Assembly: GCA_038231275.1 (NCBI GenBank)
Contig: JBBRLQ010000035.1
Location: 9,059 to 73,058 of the forward strand
From: Polyangiales bacterium
Lineage (GTDB): Bacteria; Myxococcota_A; Polyangia; Polyangiales; Polyangiaceae
Length of the DNA: 64,000 nt
Direction: 5' to 3'
In this document: positions 56,686-64,000 of the stretch, piece after piece
Position numbering within the stretch: position 1 is the stretch's first letter
Layout: the number at the start of each line of letters is the position of its first letter
The notes under the pieces: model-generated
Seen by the model: only the letters and a program-made list of their open reading frames with translations
Database searches by the model: none
Told to the model about the DNA's origin: nothing
Position numbers and translations under genes: made by a program

Positions 56686-57534
56686 ATGAAGTCAGATCCC
56701 GTCGTCGTCATTGGCCATCACGGGTTCATCGGCGCCGCCATCGTAAAGAAGCTCGAGGCGGCCGGGCGCGCCGTCGTCGGAGTGTCGTCCGCCGAGATCG
56801 ATCTGACCTCCGAGGGCGCGGGGGGGCTCCTCGCCGCGAAGATCCCGGACGGCGCTACGCTCATGGTGCTGGCCGCCGTGACCCCCGATCGCGGGGTGAA
56901 CCTCGACACGTTCTCGCGAAACGTGGGGATCGCGACGGCGGTGGCGCGCGCGATGGAGGCACGGACGATCGCGCGGTGCGTGTACGTCAGCTCCGACGCC
57001 GTCTATGGCGATCGCGAGGACGTCGACGAGGCCTCGCCGGCAGCCCCAAAGGGCCTTTACGCGGTCGCCAAGCTCGCGTCCGAAGAGATCCTCGCGAGCG
57101 TCGCCATCGCACGGAAGACGCCCCTCCTCCTGGTGCGCCCCACGCTCGTCTTCGGCCCCGGCGATCCGCATCGATCGTACGGCCCCAACCGCTTCGCGTT
57201 CACGGCGCGGACCGATCACGTCGTTCGCCTCTTCGGCGAGGGCGAGGAGCTGCGCGATCACCTCTACGTCGAGGACTTCGCGGAGGCGACGCGGATGATC
57301 CTCGACGACGCGTCCCTCGCCGGCGTCTTGAACCTCGCGACCGGGGAGAGCCGCTCGTTCGCCGCGTGCGTCGAGGCGCTCGCGAAGGTCGCGCCGTTCG
57401 CGTTCGAGGTGCAGCGCGCGCCGCGTGGGTCCGCGATCGTCCACCGTCGCTTCGACGTCCGCCGCCTTCGCGCGGCGCTTCCGGGTCTCCGCTTCACGCC
57501 CTTCGAGGACGCGCTGCGGGCGTCGGTCACTTGA
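56686..57534 (+). CDS. NAD-dependent epimerase/reductase
   Basis: GHHGFIG, SSDAVY, YAVAK, RDHLYVED; start 56686 (or 56677). Confidence 0.85.
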   Translation: MKSDPVVVIGHHGFIGAAIVKKLEAAGRAVVGVSSAEIDLTSEGAGGLLAAKIPDGATLMVLAAVTPDRGVNLDTFSRNVGIATAVARAMEARTIARCVYVSSDAVYGDREDVDEASPAAPKGLYAVAKLASEEILASVAIARKTPLLLVRPTLVFGPGDPHRSYGPNRFAFTARTDHVVRLFGEGEELRDHLYVEDFAEATRMILDDASLAGVLNLATGESRSFAACVEALAKVAPFAFEVQRAPRGSAIVHRRFDVRRLRAALPGLRFTPFEDALRASVT

Positions 57535-59485
57535 CGACGCGCCAGACCAGGTAGTTGTTCTGGAAGGCGGGCTCCGTGAAGCGCGCCACGAATTCTCCGT
57601 ACGCGCGGCGCTCTTCTGGAGTGAGGACGGCCCCCGCGCGGATGGAGTGCTCCATGATGTAGGTGATCCCGTTCTTGAGGAGGAGATCGCGCATCCCCTC
57701 CGCGGTGCCGCCGCCGTTTCGGTAGAGCGTGCCGACGTTGTCGAGGTTGAAGTCGGGGATGAACGGCCGGCGCGAGAGGTAGAGCCCGCGCTTCTCGCCG
57801 ATCATGAGGATGGGGCCGCGGGTCGGCGGCTTGCGGTTGATCTGCGCGATGATCGCAAAGAGCGGCCCGTCGGCGTGGCTGACGAGGTACCGATCCTCGG
57901 ACTCGACGCCGAAGACGTAGCGCGTGTCGGCGCGATCGATGTGCTTCACTAGCGTCGCGCCGTAGAGCAGCGCGCACACGAGGGCGCATGACGCATACGC
58001 CGCCTTTCGAACCACGTCCCAACGAACGCCCTCGAAGAGCGCAGGCAGGCACACCGCCATCGCCGCGAACGCCGGGAGCTGGTAGCGCGTGCCCTGGACG
58101 CCGAACGACCACGCGATGGAATGGACGACCGCGAACGCGACCCACGCCGCGAGCGGGCGGGTCACCGACTCGCGACGCACGAAGACCGCGGCCGGCACCG
58201 TCGCGAGGTACACGGGAGAGATGTCCGCCGAGAATCCGCCGGCGGTGTGGATGCGCCCTTCGATCGTCGCGTTCCAGGCGAGCTCGAAGTAGCGCAGCGG
58301 ATTTAGAAGGAGCCCGGCGTGATCCTCCCCGGCGCTCTGCGCGAAGTCGCGCGATTGAACCGTCGGATCCGGCCAGTCGAGCGACGAGAACGCGGTGGGG
58401 AGCGCACGCGTCGGAAACACGCCGGTGAGGAACGGAAAGATCGGGTTGCCGCAGACGATGGCGTTGCGCACGTACCAGGGGAGACCGGCCACTGCGCCGG
58501 CGGCCGCGAGCGCGCCGAACGTGCGAAAACGCCGCATCACCAGCGCCGCTGCCGCGATCGCAACCGCCGCGAGGAGGCCTCGGTAGCTCGTCGCGCACGC
58601 GAACCCCGCGCAGGCGCCGGCCACCACCGCGCTCCGCCACGAGCCATCCCGCACGACGTGGATCACCGCGAGCACCACGTAAAACGCCAGCGCCAGATCC
58701 ACGTCCGCCTGGCGTGCCTCGTCGACGAAGACCGGCTCGAGCGCGACGATCGCGACGCTGAGCCAGCGCGCCCACCGGTGCTCGGGCAAGAGCGACGCAG
58801 ACCCGACGTACACGGCGCCGATGAGGCCGAAGCCGAACAAGAGGTGCAGCACGCGCCCGACCGCGAACGACCCGTTCAACAGGAGGCCCACCGTGATGAG
58901 CGCCTCGCAGTGCGACGGGAAGAAGCTCTGGTCGTGCGCCGCCAGCGCAAAATGGCCGGTCTCCGTCGCGTGGACGGCGATCGGGATGTGGTACGCGAGC
59001 TCGTCCCAGTCGTTGGGCGGCGTCAGCGTCGCGAGCACCGACAGCACCACCAACGGCGCGGCGAGGCCCAGGACGATCGGCCGCGGAGGCCCCGCCGCGA
59101 CGAGCGCGCGCGCGTCTCTTCCCAGCTCGCGCGCGCCGGCCGCGAACGAGAGGACGACGACGCCCACGACCGGCCATTGCGACACCTGGCCCACTGCGCC
59201 GAGCAAGAACACGATCGTCCCGAGAAGGCCGGTCCCAATCCCCATCGACGTGAGGACACGAAGCGGCAGCTCTTCGATCGGATGGAGGCGCGACAGGACC
59301 GCCGCCCCGAGCGACGTCGCCGCGACGAAGACGACGAGCCCGCACACCAGCGCCGACACGACGCCGGCCCCCAGCGGCATCAAGCGCGCCGTCTCGCGGT
59401 GATTCGGCGCGTACCGCATCACCACGTACGCCGCCCACACGACGAGCGCCCCTGCCACGAGCCATCGGGGGTCGCGACTCTTCAT
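57527..59485 (-). CDS. Polytopic membrane GT-C/ArnT-like transferase
   Basis: Many TM helices; 'WDELAYH', 'PWYVRN...GNPIFP', 'RYQLP'. Confidence 0.65.
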   Translation of the reverse strand: MKSRDPRWLVAGALVVWAAYVVMRYAPNHRETARLMPLGAGVVSALVCGLVVFVAATSLGAAVLSRLHPIEELPLRVLTSMGIGTGLLGTIVFLLGAVGQVSQWPVVGVVVLSFAAGARELGRDARALVAAGPPRPIVLGLAAPLVVLSVLATLTPPNDWDELAYHIPIAVHATETGHFALAAHDQSFFPSHCEALITVGLLLNGSFAVGRVLHLLFGFGLIGAVYVGSASLLPEHRWARWLSVAIVALEPVFVDEARQADVDLALAFYVVLAVIHVVRDGSWRSAVVAGACAGFACATSYRGLLAAVAIAAAALVMRRFRTFGALAAAGAVAGLPWYVRNAIVCGNPIFPFLTGVFPTRALPTAFSSLDWPDPTVQSRDFAQSAGEDHAGLLLNPLRYFELAWNATIEGRIHTAGGFSADISPVYLATVPAAVFVRRESVTRPLAAWVAFAVVHSIAWSFGVQGTRYQLPAFAAMAVCLPALFEGVRWDVVRKAAYASCALVCALLYGATLVKHIDRADTRYVFGVESEDRYLVSHADGPLFAIIAQINRKPPTRGPILMIGEKRGLYLSRRPFIPDFNLDNVGTLYRNGGGTAEGMRDLLLKNGITYIMEHSIRAGAVLTPEERRAYGEFVARFTEPAFQNNYLVWRVVK

Positions 59486-59533
59486 CGGGCCCAAAGGTAA
59501 CTGGTTTGCCGCGCGCTACGCTACGATTCGGCG

Positions 59534-60388
59534 ATGGACACGGACCTCGTCGCGAAGCACCTCGCGTGCCCAAAGTGCCACGCGTCGCTCACGCGCAGCC
59601 GCGAGACGCTCGCGTGCACTGCCGGCGAATGCGGCTGGACCGGTACCTGGAAGGACGACGTTGCGATCGCGGTGAGCGGCGCGGCTCCTTCGTTCTTCGA
59701 CGACAAGGTCGAGATCATGCAAGCCGTCCACGACGACGCCGACGGCACGCGCGTCTTCCAGGACGCGCAGATGCGCCGCTTCGAAGAGACGCTGCGCGCC
59801 GGCTCGGTCGTGCTCGACGTCGGCTGCGGCCCCAAGGCGCCGTACAAGCGGCGCCGCGACTGCACGATCATCGGCGTCGACATGTCGCTCGCGTCGCTGC
59901 GCGCGAACGAGGACGTCGATCTGCGCGTCTACGCGTCGGCCGCGGAGCTCCCGCTTGCCGATCGCTCCGTCGACACCGTGCTCTGCGCGTACTCGGTCCA
60001 CCACTTCGTCGGGACCACCGTCGAAGAGAACGAGCGCCTCGTGAACGCCGCCTTCCGCGAGTTCGGTCGCGTGCTCGCGCCGGGCGGTGAGCTCTTCGTC
60101 TGCGAGGTCGCGCCGTGGCGCCCCTTCCAGGCCGCGCAGCGCACCCTCTGGAATGGCGCCAAGCGCGTGCTCGGCGGATCGCTCGACATGTTCTTCTGGG
60201 GAAAAGAGGCGCTCTCGGAGGCCGGCGAGCGCGGCCTCCCTCGCGGCACGGTGCTGTCGTTCGAGCGCTTCGACGCGCCGTGGACGTCGACCTTCTCGCC
60301 GATCTTCGCGCTCCCGCGCCTGCGCATCCCGCGCGCGCTCTATCCGTTCGACATGGTCGTCTACCGCTGGCGCGTCACTTCCCAGTGA
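59534..60388 (+). CDS. SAM-dependent methyltransferase with N-terminal Cys knuckle
   Basis: LACPKC...CTAGEC; VLDVGCG, GVDMS, LPLADRSVD. Confidence 0.8.
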   Translation: MDTDLVAKHLACPKCHASLTRSRETLACTAGECGWTGTWKDDVAIAVSGAAPSFFDDKVEIMQAVHDDADGTRVFQDAQMRRFEETLRAGSVVLDVGCGPKAPYKRRRDCTIIGVDMSLASLRANEDVDLRVYASAAELPLADRSVDTVLCAYSVHHFVGTTVEENERLVNAAFREFGRVLAPGGELFVCEVAPWRPFQAAQRTLWNGAKRVLGGSLDMFFWGKEALSEAGERGLPRGTVLSFERFDAPWTSTFSPIFALPRLRIPRALYPFDMVVYRWRVTSQ

Positions 60389-61427
60389 AACGAAAGTCGG
60401 CGACCACCGGCCGGTGATCCATCCCGAGGTGACGCGTCACGCGCGCGCTCATGCACGCGAGGCCGTCGCCGAAGAGCACGTGATCGATACGGATGCCATG
60501 CCATCGCGTCGCCTTGGTGACGCGCGGCCCGAGCGTCTTCTCCGAAAGGGCGTTGTGGAGGTCGGACCAATATCGCCGGTAAATCGCGCTGTCCGCGGGC
60601 ATATTGAAGTCGCCCACCACGATCGTCGGCACCTTGCTGCGCTGGGTCCACTCGCTCGCGATCTTGGACTCCAGCGCGCGCTCCGTGACGTTCTCGCCCA
60701 GCACCTTCGGCCCGTCCCAGTCGGACTTCCAGAACCCGAACGGCAACGTTTGGAGTCCTTCGCGCACCGTCTCGAGGTGAACGACCTCGATGCTGAAGGT
60801 CCGCGTTTGCCACTCGATCTCGTAGCGAGCGATGGCGCCGCTGCCGTTCTTGTCCCAGATGTCCTGCGGATCGCGCACGTCGACGACGCGCACCGGGAGG
60901 CGCGAGACGAGGCAGTTGCCGTTGTCGTTGCGCATCGTGTAGCCGGTGCCGTCGAACACGCCTTCTTCGAGCTGGCACTCTTCGAAGCCGATGACGTCGG
61001 CGTCGATCTCTTTCACCAGCGCGACCAGATCGGCCGGCTCGAAGCTCCCGCCGCCGATGTTGTACGTCATGATGCGCAGCCGCTCGTCGCGCGGCGCGCT
61101 CGAGTCACCGCCGACGCTCACGCCGAGATCGTCGAACCACAGGTTGAGGAGCGCCGCCGCCACGAGCGCGGCGAACGACGCGGGCTTGTAGCGCCCGAAC
61201 GCGGCGATCGGCACGAGCAGGAGAAATGGCAACGCCAACGGCCAGCGCGGGACGAACAGCATCACCGTAAAAAACCAGTGACCGTCCGCGTCCCCTAGTC
61301 GCTTGGTCCCGACGACGATCACCAGCGCGACGATCAAGTAAACGACGGCGAACGAGAGCGCCCACGGCACGCCGCGCTTGACCTGCGCCGTCGCAGGCGT
61401 TCGTGGGGTGGTGTCGGTGACGTGCAT
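60375..61427 (-). CDS. Membrane-anchored endonuclease/exonuclease/phosphatase family protein
   Basis: TM helices, IMTYNI, GFEE, GDFN, RIDH, DHRPV; start uncertain (61427 or 61469). Confidence 0.85.
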   Translation of the reverse strand: MHVTDTTPRTPATAQVKRGVPWALSFAVVYLIVALVIVVGTKRLGDADGHWFFTVMLFVPRWPLALPFLLLVPIAAFGRYKPASFAALVAAALLNLWFDDLGVSVGGDSSAPRDERLRIMTYNIGGGSFEPADLVALVKEIDADVIGFEECQLEEGVFDGTGYTMRNDNGNCLVSRLPVRVVDVRDPQDIWDKNGSGAIARYEIEWQTRTFSIEVVHLETVREGLQTLPFGFWKSDWDGPKVLGENVTERALESKIASEWTQRSKVPTIVVGDFNMPADSAIYRRYWSDLHNALSEKTLGPRVTKATRWHGIRIDHVLFGDGLACMSARVTRHLGMDHRPVVADFRFTGK

Positions 61428-61540
61428 GCGGCGGGCGATCTTCGCCTCCAAGAGCTCGTCCGGCAACATGGCATTCTGCGCCGCTATGAAGGGCGGTCCA
61501 TCGTGGTACTCTCGGAGGTCCAAGCAGCGAGGAGAGCACG

Positions 61541-63598
<2,058 letters not shown>

Positions 63599-63793
63599 TC
63601 GATCGAAGACGCCGCCCGGTTCGCCGGACGCCTTCGGAGCGCGGCGTGATCCCACGGGTCCGCCGCGCTTCGTCGTTTTGTGCGCGCCCGCCGAGCCCAT
63701 GGAACACGCGCGCCCCTCCACGCGCGAGGCATGGAGGGGCGGCGAGGGATTCCGGATCACGTCAGCGCGTCAGCTGGCGCGCGCGCGGGTGCT

Positions 63794-64000
63794 TCAGATG
63801 GAGAGCGCGCCGGTGCGGAGCAGGTACGCGAGCTTCGCGCGCTGCTCGGGCTCGAGGAGCGCGTGGATGCGGCCGAGCGCCTTGACCACCGCATCGCGCA
63901 GGCGGGTGGCAGAGGCCACGCGCGCCGTGGCGGCGTCGCCCACGGCCTTCTCGTCGAAGGCCGCGCCGCCGATGGCGTCGGCGAAGGCGGCGGTGGTGCG
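63794..64000 (-). CDS. Spy/CpxP-family protein, C-terminal part (truncated by window edge)
   Basis: Own translation: ...RLRDAVVKALGRIHALLEPEQRAKLAYLLRTGALSI*; LxPEQR motif. Confidence 0.65.
   Translation of the reverse strand, partial: RTTAAFADAIGGAAFDEKAVGDAATARVASATRLRDAVVKALGRIHALLEPEQRAKLAYLLRTGALSI

Overview
High-GC, gene-dense bacterial DNA. Its content points to a myxobacterium of the Polyangiaceae/Labilithrix type (inference): Ser/Thr kinases paired with PEGA/TPR proteins, FHA-sigma54 activators, many lipoproteins with Ser/Gly/Asp-rich linkers, DUF2330 and PrkA. About 53 CDS are supported; I found no rRNA, tRNA, CRISPR array or mobile element. Main points: (1) an N-terminal Rieske [2Fe-2S] domain fused to a complete cytochrome P450 (3306-5078); (2) a ~16 kb unusual-sugar cluster (44488-60388) with PDH-E1-like alpha/beta genes lacking E2/E3, two DegT aminotransferases, a UDP-glucose-dehydrogenase-like protein lacking the catalytic Cys, a reversed-order HldE-like enzyme, four SDR epimerases, and GT2 plus GT-C transferases; (3) recurring kinase + PEGA modules, two with an adjacent exported protein; (4) a Tat/CxxCH three-gene operon; (5) at least 13 genes with a TANNNT box 6-8 nt before the start codon, suggesting widespread leaderless mRNA; (6) prkA split by an in-frame TAG in a stretch whose codon usage shifts, possibly an assembly artefact. 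All product calls come from motifs read by eye, not database searches, and several starts were moved from the ORF track.
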